From a virus (taxonomy: Duplodnaviria; Caudoviricetes), in IMG/VR virus record IMGVR_UViG_3300044448_005232, positions 1 through 31,887 of that record: a stretch of DNA of 31,887 nt; one strand, 5' to 3'. This document shows positions 1 to 11,600 of this stretch, one piece after another. Under the pieces are notes generated by a model. It saw nothing but the letters and a program-made list of their open reading frames with translations. It did no database searches and had not been told where the DNA came from. The translations under genes were made by a program, and so were the position numbers. Numbering within the stretch: the stretch's first letter is position 1; each line of letters opens with the position of its first letter.

Positions 1-398
1 AAAGTTCCGCCGTTGCCGATAATTGTTACAGTGCTTGTAGCAGCTCTAATTTTCTCCACGCCTCCGGCGATTAATGAAAGCGCGTCTGCTGCTGCTGCCC
101 CGATGCCGGTATCGCCGTCCTGATAGTTGGGGAGAAGTACGGGGTTAGTGGCTGAAGGGTCTTCTAACTGAAGACCAACCTGACCGCCTGCCCCTGACCG
201 AACCCGTGACGTTTCGAAAAGTAGTCCCGGCCCAGATCCGGCTTTTAACGCCATTACTTCGCCGTCGTCAGTCGTGTTGATCGTGATATAGTCTTTTGCA
301 TCCGTCGATTCGATATCAAGCGCCGTGCTGTTGTTGTCTGGGATAACCGTAGTGCCACCGCTAAGATCTGAGTATCTTGTAAATTTTGCATCTGCCAT
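1..398 (-). CDS. Tail fibre / receptor-binding protein, N-terminal part (runs off the window edge)
   Basis: Not in the ORF track. ATG at 398 follows the RBS TAGGAG and the frame stays open to the edge: MADAKFTRYSDLSGGTTVIPDNNSTALDIESTDAKDYITINTTDGEVMALKAGSGPG...SATNPVLLPNYQDGDTGIGAAAADALSLIAGGVEKIRAATST. The DTGIG...ADxLSLIAGGVE pattern resembles phage fibre repeats, and the position after the ejection genes fits. Confidence 0.65.
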   Translation of the reverse strand, partial: MADAKFTRYSDLSGGTTVIPDNNSTALDIESTDAKDYITINTTDDGEVMALKAGSGPGLLFETSRVRSGAGGQVGLQLEDPSATNPVLLPNYQDGDTGIGAAAADALSLIAGGVEKIRAATSTVTIIGNGGT

Positions 399-407
399 AA
401 CTTACTC

Positions 408-740
408 CTACTTGGCCGTTGTGCCATCAATGTGAAGATCACCGCCACCAGCATTGCTTCCGGTGTCATCTCGCGTGACTTTTATTCTTCTTAGTTTCAT
501 GTCGAAGTTAATAATCTCTACGACATTCTGAGTAAGATCGATTGTTCGAATTAATTTTTCTGTATCTGCAGCAACATTATCTTCTTCAAAAAGATAATAA
601 ATTCTTAAACGAACATTAGTTGATGCAGAGTGAGCAACAATAGTGCTTGAAGCATGATTGACTGGACCAAGCGTAAAGCATTCTACCTCTGAAAGGTTAG
701 TGTTGGATCCAATTGTTTCTCTGTATTTATGAGTTCTCAT
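408..740 (-). CDS. Small hypothetical virion protein (beta-rich)
   Basis: 110 aa with a strong RBS (AGGAGGT); lies in the late operon just before the fibre gene. Confidence 0.6.
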   Translation of the reverse strand: MRTHKYRETIGSNTNLSEVECFTLGPVNHASSTIVAHSASTNVRLRIYYLFEEDNVAADTEKLIRTIDLTQNVVEIINFDMKLRRIKVTRDDTGSNAGGGDLHIDGTTAK

Positions 741-820
741 TTTTACCTCCTATGGCCCACATTTCAATCAAGGGGCGGGACATATCTTCATCCCATCTGG
801 TTAATTAAATTATATACAGA

Positions 821-3800
821 TCATGCTCTCTCAACAATAGATGTCATGGTAGTACCTGTATTTACTGTACTTCTCATCGGTTTATTCATTCCTGGTGGAC
901 GGCCTGGTCCTTCTTGCTTTGGCTGAAAAGTTGTTCTTAAAACTGCCATTGACTCAGGGTTCATGACAGGTATTTGAAACATTCTTGCAAGATTAAGACG
1001 ATCGGCTCGGCTTATCCTTTTATAAGTTCCAGGCTCTGACAGCTTTTCAATTACTTTAGTTTGAACATCTGCAAATATATTTGGTGCAGCTATCCTAATT
1101 GCCTCAATAACCTCATCAGTAGCTGTTCCATTGGACAAAGCATTTACAAGAGAATCAACTGGCTGATTTAAAGCCTCAAGAGTTCTTGAAAACTTAGCAA
1201 GCTCAATGGTGGTTGGAGCTACTTCATCATCAAGAAAACCAGGATTAGCTGTAGATGGCATCACTCTATAAGCATGAGAAAGACGATTTCTTAAAAGACT
1301 TTTAATGGCATTTTTTGTTTCAGGCATATTATCGCCAAGATCTGCAACTGACGCATCAAGAAAAGATTCCATCTCTACTGGACTTGTATTTATATAAGTA
1401 AGGAAATCTCTTGTTTCTTTAAACTGCTCTATAGTCATTCTGCTTGAAACAGGACCTAGTTTTTTTCTAATTGCTTTTTGTTTCTTGCGTTTTTCTTCTT
1501 CTTGCTTAGCCCCCTTCACATCTCTTTGAGATGCTGCAGGTAAAACAAAAGCTCTTGATATAGACTTGGGGGCAATTCTTTTTTCGCCGCCAGTTGAAAG
1601 ATAATTGATATATTTATTAACTAAACCATCAGTTTCCTGAATTCCTTTTCTGGCCATGTTTTCAATAATAAATAATCGAGATGCACCAACTGCGGGATCA
1701 ATAATGCTTTCAGCAGCATTAACAACCATACCAGTGGTAAGGCCGCCAACATATGGAAGAAACGTATTTGTATTTGGAAGATATGCTCTAGAGTTCATTG
1801 TCTGAGCGTTAACGGCAGTCCACCTTAAAGCGCTGCCTGCTTCACTTGTAATAAAATCAATGTCTTTATTTAATTTATCATTAGAGCGTTCTAATTTACC
1901 CCGTACTCGATTAAAGAAAATCTCAATATCGTGAGGGCTGCTAGATTTGCCAAGAGTGCCATTTGTAAAACCATCATCAACATACTGTCTTAATTTTTCA
2001 GAAAGCTTTACAGTTAATCCCTGAAGATCATAATCACGTATTACCATTTCAAGAACTTCTTGCCCTTGAGTTGCATGGCTTTGAAGTATTCTGGTTTTAG
2101 GTTTAACCGTATTTATTCTTAAACTTCTCATCCAGTTAAAGATTTTTGTTTGATCTGCAAAATTATCAAGACCATCATTTGCCATAAATTTAGATCTAAA
2201 ATCTTTATGAGTTAAAGAAAAATCTTTTCTGGCTTTATCTTGAAGCTGCTTGTAAATTCCCATGTTTCCAAACAAATTTTCGCTTTTTAATAAAGGTCTA
2301 AGATCTTTCTCAACTAAGTCATTAGCAATATCAGTTGCTTGGCTTGTAAGTTTTCCACCAAACATTCCAAAAAACTCATTACTTATATCTTCAAGCCTGC
2401 TCCATACAGCAGCCGTAAAAGCAGAGTCAGTAAAGCCGGTCATTTGAGCATCATTTAAAAACGATATAAATCTATTAACATCGCCACTATCCATAATTTC
2501 ACTGATAGTTTTATCAATCTGGCCAGCCATGCCAGGATCTCTTGCTAGTACACTTTCTTTAAATGTTTTCCAGTCAACTTCATTTAAAATATCTGCCCAG
2601 CCTTCAACTAATTGATTTGATCTTTGGCCACCAGTTGCAAAGCCTATTGCCTCTGGAGCAGTTGTCCATTTTTTAATAAACGGCTCAACAAATTCTGTAT
2701 CTAATGGATTTTTTTCTGATATCTGCTGAGCAGCAACAAGGGCTCTGTCTACTTGATCTTTCATTCTTTGAAGAGTTAAAGCAACCGGGGCAACAGGCAA
2801 GGCATCTGCTGCATCCCCCATTGGGTTTTGAATAATTTGTAAAACTCTAGTTCTTCTCATCCCAGCTTTATCTGCTTGCTGCAAAAGCTCTTCAACAAGA
2901 AAACTTTCATCAACAGATTCTGATAAACGCTCAGTTATTTCTGAAAGAGTTGACGCTATTTTCTTAGATTGAATTCTGGCTTTTCTGCCTTCTTCACCAA
3001 GGTTAAGCATTAACTGAGCTTCTTTTATTTCTTCAGTAGTAGCTGCGCCGCCTTTTTTAATAAACATGCCCATTCGAGCAATTGCATCTGTTGTAGCTTT
3101 AGATGCACCAGAGCCTGCAACTAAGCCAGCAATGCCGCCTCCGGCTTTCATTGTTGCAGTACCTAATTTACCAAGCAAAGGAATGCCTGCACCAAAACCA
3201 CCAGAAACAGCTCCACCAATAAGAGCATTTGTTGTCATTGTGTTTAATACATGCTCTGCAACATTGTCTAAGTTACCAAGAGACGCTTCTGACAAACCTT
3301 CACCAGCACCATAGATGCCGCCTTCGACCATGCCTGCTGCAATTGTACCAGTTGTACCTGAAATAAGATTTGCTGTTACTGGGCTAAGGTCTTTTAAACT
3401 TTTTCCAAACCCAGGAATTTTTGCACCAACACCCCGCTTAGCAACAAAATTAGCAACAACTTTATGAGCTGCTAGACCTGCTCTTGATGCTATTGCTGGA
3501 GCATTTAGGTTAGCTGCAATAGATGCTGCTTTTCCTAATGTGCTTCTGTGCTTTAAGCCTTCAGTGGCAAGTTTTCCAAGAGCAACTCTTTTTGCAAGTT
3601 CCTTTGCTCCAAGCTGTGCTCCTGCAGTGCCTAATTTTGCTACGCCAGCAGACGGACCAAGTGTTCCAGAATACAGGGCAGATGCAATTGATCCAATAAT
3701 ACCAGCACCATGATATGAACCGGGGTTATAGTTTTGATATTTATCCCAGCTTTCTGCAGCTTCATCTGAAAGCTGCCTTGTAATCCAAGGAGCGGCTCCA

Positions 3801-4093
3801 AGTGTACCGTAATCAAGAAGACCTAATACACCGGATAAAACTGTGCTATCGCCATACTCTTGACGCTCAAGAGCTTTGTTTGCTTCTACTTTGCTAAGCC
3901 ATCTTGCATTTCCTCTTACAAGGTCATTGGCTTCAGAGCCTGTTACGTTTCCTACTGTGCCATCTCTTAAACGAAGAAACACATCAGCATTAGATGGGAA
4001 ATCATATCTTCTTGTAGATAGCTTTCTGTTAACAAGCTTATCATCAAAATACTCAAGCTGGCCCGTTGATTTATTTACAAGAGGAGTTGGCAT
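821..4093 (-). CDS. Large internal virion / DNA ejection protein
   Basis: 1090 aa with a Gly/Ala-rich hydrophobic N-terminal third followed by mostly helical sequence. Last and largest gene of the block after the nozzle, as in podovirus ejectosomes. No catalytic motif recognised. Confidence 0.6.
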   Translation of the reverse strand: MPTPLVNKSTGQLEYFDDKLVNRKLSTRRYDFPSNADVFLRLRDGTVGNVTGSEANDLVRGNARWLSKVEANKALERQEYGDSTVLSGVLGLLDYGTLGAAPWITRQLSDEAAESWDKYQNYNPGSYHGAGIIGSIASALYSGTLGPSAGVAKLGTAGAQLGAKELAKRVALGKLATEGLKHRSTLGKAASIAANLNAPAIASRAGLAAHKVVANFVAKRGVGAKIPGFGKSLKDLSPVTANLISGTTGTIAAGMVEGGIYGAGEGLSEASLGNLDNVAEHVLNTMTTNALIGGAVSGGFGAGIPLLGKLGTATMKAGGGIAGLVAGSGASKATTDAIARMGMFIKKGGAATTEEIKEAQLMLNLGEEGRKARIQSKKIASTLSEITERLSESVDESFLVEELLQQADKAGMRRTRVLQIIQNPMGDAADALPVAPVALTLQRMKDQVDRALVAAQQISEKNPLDTEFVEPFIKKWTTAPEAIGFATGGQRSNQLVEGWADILNEVDWKTFKESVLARDPGMAGQIDKTISEIMDSGDVNRFISFLNDAQMTGFTDSAFTAAVWSRLEDISNEFFGMFGGKLTSQATDIANDLVEKDLRPLLKSENLFGNMGIYKQLQDKARKDFSLTHKDFRSKFMANDGLDNFADQTKIFNWMRSLRINTVKPKTRILQSHATQGQEVLEMVIRDYDLQGLTVKLSEKLRQYVDDGFTNGTLGKSSSPHDIEIFFNRVRGKLERSNDKLNKDIDFITSEAGSALRWTAVNAQTMNSRAYLPNTNTFLPYVGGLTTGMVVNAAESIIDPAVGASRLFIIENMARKGIQETDGLVNKYINYLSTGGEKRIAPKSISRAFVLPAASQRDVKGAKQEEEKRKKQKAIRKKLGPVSSRMTIEQFKETRDFLTYINTSPVEMESFLDASVADLGDNMPETKNAIKSLLRNRLSHAYRVMPSTANPGFLDDEVAPTTIELAKFSRTLEALNQPVDSLVNALSNGTATDEVIEAIRIAAPNIFADVQTKVIEKLSEPGTYKRISRADRLNLARMFQIPVMNPESMAVLRTTFQPKQEGPGRPPGMNKPMRSTVNTGTTMTSIVERA

Positions 4094-4105
4094 TTATTTC
4101 TCCGA

Positions 4106-5974
4106 TTAACGATTTACCAAATCATCATATATTTCAATGTAACTTTCTTTAAAGAATGTAGCATTGTAACCTTCAGATTGAGTCGGCAAAAATCCGTTTT
4201 CCAAAGTATCATTTACAATTTTTTCTGGATCGTTAATGCCTATTGAGTTTAAGTATGGTCTAATTTTTCTTTGATTAGATTCATTTGTTAGCATGTATCG
4301 AGACATTACAGCTCTTACATTTCTTGTCTCAAAATCATTTATAATTAATCTTACAAAATCTAAACTTTGCCCAGGCTCAAAAGCCATTCTTTGCCCAAAC
4401 TCTTGTTCAGATTGAGACAAGTTACCAACATCAACCATTCTAGCATAAGCTCTACCAAGCTGTTGACCAAGCTGCTTCATTCTTGTTTCAAGATTAACGC
4501 CGCCAAAATATCTGTCAAAATTAACTTTTGCACCAAGACTCTTTAAACTAAGTTGATTCGCATTAGCGCCACCGGCCTGTTCAAGCATATCAACAAGAGC
4601 TTTTGCTTCTTGAACCTTGTCCTGAACATCTCTTGATGAAATATAAAACTCTTTATCTTGATTTGTTAATTCAGTAATTTTTTTATCTTTTGGAGCAAGC
4701 ATAGATTTTAAAAAATCTGCTTTAGCCATTTTTTGGCTAAACTCTCTTTGCTGGGCAGCTGATGCCTTGTTTAAAATATCACCACGTTTAGATACTTCTT
4801 CTGCTGTTTGGCTTTGAATTGTGTTTGCAATTTTAAAATCAGATTCTTTTTTAATAAAATTATTTTCTTGCTTCCATAATGAAATTGCTTTTTGAAAAAG
4901 AGGATTATCTTTAAACTTGATTAGCTTAGGGTCTGAAGCCAACAAATCAATGTACTGATTTATTCTTCCATGTATTGCAGAGCGATAAGCATTTTCTTGG
5001 TCTACTGTTGATTTAAATCTATCCATAGTTGCGCCAAGACCAGTACTGGCAAGTTGGCCCATTGCTCTAAGATTATCAGTGTGTTTTTGTTTTGCTCTAA
5101 AGTCACTCCCAATGGCCTTAAACAAAGCAGGCATAAAGTAGTTAGGAATTTTACCTTCTGTACCAATAGATAAAAAAGTATTTCCAAAAACACCACCAAG
5201 CCAAAATAAAGTGCTTAAAGTTTTTGTTGCACTGAAGTTATCGTTATCATCAAAAAAGCCAAGAACATCTCCAAACATTCCTGGCTTTGTGCTTGCTAGC
5301 TTTTGGCTTTTTGTGAATGCGTCTTTAATTCCATTAGTATACAGAGATAAATCTTTTTGAGTTTTTTCTCGTATTTCTTTTATTTTGCTTTCTTCTTGTA
5401 TTGCAGCTTCAAGTTTTTGACTTTCAGTAACAGTGACCTGATTTGCAAATTCTAATTGAGCATCAAACTGTTGTCTTCTTAACTCTTCTTTTTGTTCATC
5501 TAGATCCCTTTGAGCTGTGCCAAGTACTTTAGTTTTTTCGCGAAGATCGTCTGATGATTGTTTTAATTTCTGGTTAAGAGAAGATAACTGTTTACTGTAA
5601 AGAACTGGCTCTTCTGGTTGATCAAAAACTTCCTGATAACTTGCTTTTATTTTTAAAGCTTCTCCAAGCGTAGTATCTTTTGTTACCCCTTCAAGGCCAA
5701 GAAAGTCTGCATCTATGCCAAGACTTTCAAGAGTTGCATTAAGTCTTTGATTTTCAGAAGGGATCCCTGCATCTTCAGTTGCACCCATAACAGCACTAGA
5801 AAGAGCAGCTGCAGCACCTGAAAAACCACCTGAAACTTGGCCAGATCCTCTAGACTCTCTAGATTCTTTAATTTTTTCAGAAGCATCCCCCAGCACTGTA
5901 GATATGTTTTCACCTTTAATTTTTAAATTTTTAAGGTCAGTAGTATATTCTGGAGATCTTACTATAGTAGCCAT
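4106..5974 (-). CDS. Internal virion / ejection protein (coiled coil plus hydrophobic segment)
   Basis: 622 aa with Q/E/K-rich coiled coil and the hydrophobic segment TLFWLGGVFGNTFLSI; call rests on synteny. Confidence 0.55.
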   Translation of the reverse strand: MATIVRSPEYTTDLKNLKIKGENISTVLGDASEKIKESRESRGSGQVSGGFSGAAAALSSAVMGATEDAGIPSENQRLNATLESLGIDADFLGLEGVTKDTTLGEALKIKASYQEVFDQPEEPVLYSKQLSSLNQKLKQSSDDLREKTKVLGTAQRDLDEQKEELRRQQFDAQLEFANQVTVTESQKLEAAIQEESKIKEIREKTQKDLSLYTNGIKDAFTKSQKLASTKPGMFGDVLGFFDDNDNFSATKTLSTLFWLGGVFGNTFLSIGTEGKIPNYFMPALFKAIGSDFRAKQKHTDNLRAMGQLASTGLGATMDRFKSTVDQENAYRSAIHGRINQYIDLLASDPKLIKFKDNPLFQKAISLWKQENNFIKKESDFKIANTIQSQTAEEVSKRGDILNKASAAQQREFSQKMAKADFLKSMLAPKDKKITELTNQDKEFYISSRDVQDKVQEAKALVDMLEQAGGANANQLSLKSLGAKVNFDRYFGGVNLETRMKQLGQQLGRAYARMVDVGNLSQSEQEFGQRMAFEPGQSLDFVRLIINDFETRNVRAVMSRYMLTNESNQRKIRPYLNSIGINDPEKIVNDTLENGFLPTQSEGYNATFFKESYIEIYDDLVNR

Positions 5975-5976
5975 AA

Positions 5977-6957
5977 TTAACCCCTCAACAAGTCAGATGA
6001 GCTAGGAAGTCCTGTTGCTCTTGCAGTTGTGCCTGGCCTTAAGTCTGTTCCGCCGCCACCTAACAAACCAGCAGTTATACCGCCTAGTATACCGCCTCCA
6101 ACTTTTCCTACAAAAGTTCCAGCTGGCCCAAGAGGACTAAGGGCGGCAGCACCTAATCCTGCGCCAATACCTGATGCAGCTCCTGTTGCTGCAGCTTTTC
6201 CTATACTTTCGCCACCTGCAAGAGCTGCCATTCCTGAGCCAACTCCTGAAGCAATGCCTGAGCCTATTGAACCAGCAGCTGTTTTAGCTCCTTCAGATAA
6301 TGCAGCGCCAGAAGCACCTGTTGCTCCACCCATTGCAGCAGAAGCAGCTCCAATTGCTGACGCCTGCTCAATGCTTTTGAGAGCGGCATCTAGGCCAGAC
6401 TGAACACCTTCTGCAGCAAGTCCTCCGATACCTGCTCCTATAGCGCGTCGTCTTACTTCTTTATCTTTTGAAAAAGCACCCTGAATTGCAGGTGCAGCAA
6501 ATCTTGCAATTTTTTCAACTTGTTCAAATGATGCTTTTCGTTTTTGAAGTTGCTTAGCGGCTAATTCTGCAGAGGTAACAATGCTATTGGCTTGTCTTAC
6601 AGCTTCTGACGCAGAGCGTTCAAATTCGCCTTGCATGTTTTGAGTATTTGCAACATTTGCCCCTACTTGGCTTGAAACTTTTCCTTCATCTATTCCTGAA
6701 TAAAAACTTCCTCTTGATGGCCTTTGAGAAAGCATTGAACTAACAGGAGGCATTTGCATGTTTGAAGCCATGGGGTCAGTAGCTGAAGGAGAAGTATTAA
6801 TAAACTTTTGTTCTCCTGCTGTTCCAACGCCGCCTAATCCAAAACCAGATGGAGATACAGACCTAAGCATAGGATCTCTATTTACAAGGCCCATAGCTCC
6901 TCTTTCAGCTGAGCCTGTTCCATACTCAAGTTGAGTTAAATCATCATAATAAGCCAT
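5977..6957 (-). CDS. Gly/Ala-rich ejection (pilot-like) protein
   Basis: 326 aa; the C-terminal half is glycine-zipper-like (GxxxG repeats), typical of membrane-inserting ejection proteins. Confidence 0.6.
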   Translation of the reverse strand: MAYYDDLTQLEYGTGSAERGAMGLVNRDPMLRSVSPSGFGLGGVGTAGEQKFINTSPSATDPMASNMQMPPVSSMLSQRPSRGSFYSGIDEGKVSSQVGANVANTQNMQGEFERSASEAVRQANSIVTSAELAAKQLQKRKASFEQVEKIARFAAPAIQGAFSKDKEVRRRAIGAGIGGLAAEGVQSGLDAALKSIEQASAIGAASAAMGGATGASGAALSEGAKTAAGSIGSGIASGVGSGMAALAGGESIGKAAATGAASGIGAGLGAAALSPLGPAGTFVGKVGGGILGGITAGLLGGGGTDLRPGTTARATGLPSSSDLLRG

Positions 6958-6961
6958 TACT

Positions 6962-8695
6962 TTAACCTGCCAATCCTGATCTTACACCGGGTCTATTTGC
7001 CATTTCTTCAGCTGGAGTGGGCTCAGCTGCGCCAGTTCCTTCAATAATATTAATAACAGGAGGAGCCAAAGGAGACTGACCAATATCAGATGCAGCAAAT
7101 CCTGGAATTTGTTGACCAAGCAAGTAATCAAGAGCGCCAAGCTCTTCAAACAGCTGCTCTGTTGGAGTTTCCCAGAACCAAGCTTGATCCATAAGAAACT
7201 TGCCAACTTCAACAATTGCACCTTCACGAGCAGCCCAGTACCTATAAGTAAGCTCTTCTCGAAGCTGTTCCATTTCCTGATCAACTCTCTGCTCTGCAAG
7301 ATAAACGTTAACCCCTTGGTCAACCAGTGCAGCAGTAAGAGAATTTCTACTTGCTTCAATTTGTTGATTAACCTGAGCTTCAGCAATTGTTCTTGCTTGC
7401 TCCATTTGAGCATCAGTAATTCCAGCTTCTTGTTGAAATGCTGCTTCCTGGCTAAGTCGCTGCTGTTCAAGATTAACTCTTTGAACTTCAATTTGCTGCT
7501 CAAGCTGGGCCTGTTCAACTGCTGTTGAAGTTTTAATCTGAGCAGCCATCTCACTTGCTCTTTGAGTAAACTCAGCTTGTTTAACAGCAGTTTGTTGAGC
7601 TTGCTCAGAAGCCTGCAATCCAGCTTGCTGTTCAAAGCCAGCTTGCTGAAGAGCAACATCTTTTTTCATTTCAGCAGTTTGCTGCCGAGCCTGCTGTTCA
7701 AACTGAGCTTGCTGGGTTTCTAGCGCAATGTCTTGCTGCCTTGCTTGTGTGCCTGCTTGGCCAAGAGCGCTTAAAGCCTGAAGCTGTTGCTGAGAAGCAG
7801 CCTCTTGAGCTTGCCTATTAACCTCTGCAATCCCCTGCATTCCAGTTCTAATAAGGGCAGAAGCAGGAACTCCTCTTTGAGTAGCCATCATGGCCAAAAC
7901 ATTTTGAATTCCACGTTCTCTTTGCTGCTCTACTACTGGACTCACTTCTCCTTGTGCCATAGCAGTTAAAGCATCTATTTGTTGTTGCTGAGCTAATGCA
8001 CCAGCATCACCAGTGCCTTCTGCAATTTGAGCTGCAGTTATTCCTCCAACTCCTCCTATATCTGCGCCTTGAAAAGCAGGACCCGTATCTCCAATAGTTG
8101 CTGCTGTTGGAACTGCTGCACCTGTAATTTGAGCTGCTTGGCCAGCAACTTCTGGAGAACCAATAGTTGCAGGTGTAATTCCTTGAGGGCTTCCTAAGTC
8201 GGCATTATCTCTGTTTTGAAGATTTGAAAGTATTGTTCCTATTGTTGGTTGATTAAACTCATAATTATACCCGCCAGCACCTGGGCCAACTTCAGGCACA
8301 AAGTCACCAATGTCTATAGCAGGTTGGCCGCCTTGACCGCTTGTACCAGGCATAACTTGTGGACCACCGACTGGAGCTAATGGTTCTTCGGCGGCTGTTC
8401 CTGGCAAATCAAACCCTGGCTGCTCTGTTGGCTGAGGTTGTCCTGGAAATGGCTGTGGCTCTGTGTCCATCATTGGAGTTGTTTCAATGTTTAAATCAGG
8501 GACACCTTCTGCTGATTCCCCAAATTGATTTAACTCTTCTTGAGCAGAAGCTGTTGATTCATTAGCCCTGCTAACCATGTCTGCATAATTTGGAGTTGTA
8601 TCTTGCGGCAAATCATCATCTTCTTCATTAGGAGAAGAAAACATGTTTCCTGGTAATTTAAAATTAAAGTTAAATGGGGTGTTGCCATTAGCCAT
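6962..8695 (-). CDS. Gln-rich internal virion / ejection protein
   Basis: 577 aa; acidic Pro/Gly N-terminus, then a long Q/A-rich helix with QAxFEQQA-like pseudo-repeats. Start overlaps the nozzle stop (TAATG). Confidence 0.55.
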   Translation of the reverse strand: MANGNTPFNFNFKLPGNMFSSPNEEDDDLPQDTTPNYADMVSRANESTASAQEELNQFGESAEGVPDLNIETTPMMDTEPQPFPGQPQPTEQPGFDLPGTAAEEPLAPVGGPQVMPGTSGQGGQPAIDIGDFVPEVGPGAGGYNYEFNQPTIGTILSNLQNRDNADLGSPQGITPATIGSPEVAGQAAQITGAAVPTAATIGDTGPAFQGADIGGVGGITAAQIAEGTGDAGALAQQQQIDALTAMAQGEVSPVVEQQRERGIQNVLAMMATQRGVPASALIRTGMQGIAEVNRQAQEAASQQQLQALSALGQAGTQARQQDIALETQQAQFEQQARQQTAEMKKDVALQQAGFEQQAGLQASEQAQQTAVKQAEFTQRASEMAAQIKTSTAVEQAQLEQQIEVQRVNLEQQRLSQEAAFQQEAGITDAQMEQARTIAEAQVNQQIEASRNSLTAALVDQGVNVYLAEQRVDQEMEQLREELTYRYWAAREGAIVEVGKFLMDQAWFWETPTEQLFEELGALDYLLGQQIPGFAASDIGQSPLAPPVINIIEGTGAAEPTPAEEMANRPGVRSGLAG

Positions 8696-11600
8696 TAGCT
8701 TGCTCCAATTGTATTACTTTCTGTCGTTCTAAATACACCACGCTTAATGCCAACCTCTAAAGCGATATGATCTAAAGCAAATCCATCACCAGTAGAAGCT
8801 GAATTATCAGCATCATAAATTTCAAACTTAATTGATTCGCATTTTTGCTTAGAAAGATGCCCTCTAAACTGAAGCTTTGCGTCAGTCGCAGAAGATGTGG
8901 TGAATGTATAAGTATCTACAGATGCACTGTCATCATAGTCGTAATAGACTTTAACAGTTAAAACATGTTTATCTCGAGATTCACCAAGCAAAGAAAATCT
9001 GTATACTCTTCCGAATCCTTGAATCTCATTAAAAGATATCCAACCTGTTTTTACTTTCATTGGCATGTAGGTTGAGCCAATTTTATAACTAGAATCTTCT
9101 TTTAGTATTTTATCTGCACTTGTAACTACATGGATAACATCATTTAAGTTTTCCATGCCTACAATTGTTTCACCATCACCAAGACTATAAGTGTAGCTTG
9201 ACCAGCCATTAAATCTATAATTATAGGCTAATACTTTATCAGTGAATGCAAATCTAACTGTTTCTGTTTTTTGATGATGCTTGATTGAAATTACTCGGCT
9301 TGATCCAACCAAATCCTCTACTGGGGCGCCGATGTAATCAAAGTTGCTTCCAGAAAGAGCAAATATCCCTCTAACATTTTGAAAGTAAATAACGCCATTT
9401 GCATAAAGAGTTGGGCTATCCTTCAAGGCTCCGACAGTAGAACTTAACTGCTTAGGTTTATAAAACTCGCCAACACCTGTTTTTGATGGGCCTTCACCAG
9501 ATAAAACCCAAGAAGATTGTTCTCTAAATATTGTTAAATCTGATCCTGAGCTGCAAAGAGCTGTTGGTTTGTCATGATCTAAACCATCAATTGGAACTTG
9601 AAAAACTTCACTAAATCCAATTCCAAACTTGTTCTCATATTCTTTGCTGTACCAAATTCTATTATCTTCAGTGATTGCAAAAATTCTATTTCGATGTGAC
9701 TCAATGTATCTGGCCGGAGGAGGTGCAACATTAGCAAGCTCTCCGCTTTCTGTATAAAGAAATGCCCCAGTAGCTGCATTAGCATCAGATACTTTGTCAT
9801 GATGACTAATTAAGGCAGTGGCAACAATAGAGCCATCAAAGTCAGGATTTTTAATTGTTGCTACTTTATTAAATACATTTCCATCGGCCTGGGTCCTGTA
9901 TAGAACAAGATTTAATCCGCCATTAACAAAACCCTTAATAGACATTGAGTTGCCATCAGCAGTTATAACAACTCCTGTTTCGCCACTTGAAAGAGTAACA
10001 GATTCTTCTGTTGATGGTTCAGATCTATGAAGGTTTCCAAAAGAATCTTCAAACTCCCAACAAGCTTTATACTTATAGGTTTTTGAATGTATTAAGTTTC
10101 CTGACGTGTCAGCAGTCAATGATACAGAGGGTTTATAGTAAAATCCTGTTTCATGAATTCTGTCAGATGCCGTTGATTTAATATTTCCAGGAGAGATAAA
10201 AAGCTCTCCACCAAGCTGCACTCTTGGAGTCTCATAAACAGGTTTTGTCGTATTCATTTTAATAATATGACACTGACTGTTAAGAGCAGTCACTAAATCA
10301 CCAGTAGATGTATTTGCCCAGCTTTGAAAGTTTGTTGCTCTTGGCAAAACACTGTAATGGTTTGTTCCATCCGTAACTACTCTAGGGGTAATTCCATTAA
10401 TGTGACCTCTAATTAATTCCTGTCTAAATGAAGAGCCAACAAGACATCTGTAAAGCTGAGGAACCAAAGATGTAGGATTGTCAATAATATCTGTCCAGGC
10501 TGTTACAGTGTGAAGAGTTTCAGCATCTTCTGTATTTCTGTTTTCTTGAGAAAGAAAATAATGAATGCCAGCAGTTGTTTTGATTGGCGCAAGAGGTATC
10601 CAGGCGTTTAATCTAAATGGAGCTGCATCATCATCAAAGGCCCCAGTGCCTGGTGTTACCTGATATCGACAAGACTTAGAAACATAAGTAGAAGAAGTTG
10701 TTCCCATTGTGCATAAGTACTCTACTTTTGTTCCATCTTCAGATTCGCAAAATCCACCTGACTCTACCATCACAGTGCTGCTAATTGCATCTGTTCCGCC
10801 AACTGCGCCTGATGTAGGATCTGCCTCTGTATGCTGTCTAATATGAACAGTGTCACCAACAGAAAAAGCAAAATAAACTCTTGCGGTGCCTCCGGCTGAA
10901 GACTTAAAAGCAGTCATATGCTTAATAGAGCCACTGGTGCTTACCTTGGCAGCAGAACCAAGAGATCCATTAGTATCTAATTGATAAGTTGCGTAATGCG
11001 TGCTGCTTGAATACTCAGTGTAAACAAGATGAACTTTTCGATAATTGCCAGAGCCTGCAGTATGCTCAATTACATCAAACCAGTTTTCACCTTCTGTTTG
11101 ACGATAAACAGATGAAGCAACAATATCTGAACCAGAAATAGTAAAATCATCATGGTCAAACTTGGCTTTTCGAATTGTTATATTTCCAGAACTATCTCGA
11201 AATTCATAATAAACTGCAAAACTATCATCAGCAGCATCAGTGTTTCCATGAGCTACAATTTTAATTTTTCCAACAAAATCATCGTCACTTGCTCTGGATG
11301 CAATTTCTCTATTTGAATTTACAATTGTTCCGGTAACTGCATCAATAACAGAAACTCTGTATGAGTATCGAACAGCATTTTGACTTGGTGTCCAAACTCC
11401 TTGAACCCATGCAATAGCAATGTAATCACCGCTATGACTAATCGCAATAGAAGGCTGGCTTTGATTATAGCCTGATGTATTTGATGCGTGAAATAATTCA
11501 GATTCAAAATGTTTATTTAAACCTAAACCACTGGCAGAAACTGTTTCATTGTCAGAGCCTATGAGCGTAATATTTGCTTCGTCACCTTGAATAATAAGAT

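Noticed and set aside
254-469. 71-aa minus-strand ORF from the track
   Set aside because: Off-frame shadow of the 408-740 gene and of the fibre gene starting at 398, which has the RBS.
821-4093. 1090-aa protein as an N4-like virion RNA polymerase
   Set aside because: Far shorter than N4 vRNAP, and no polymerase motifs were recognised.
7370-7760. Degenerate CAG/GCT repeats as a DNA repeat array
   Set aside because: They reflect Gln/Ala-rich protein pseudo-repeats, with no constant nucleotide unit.
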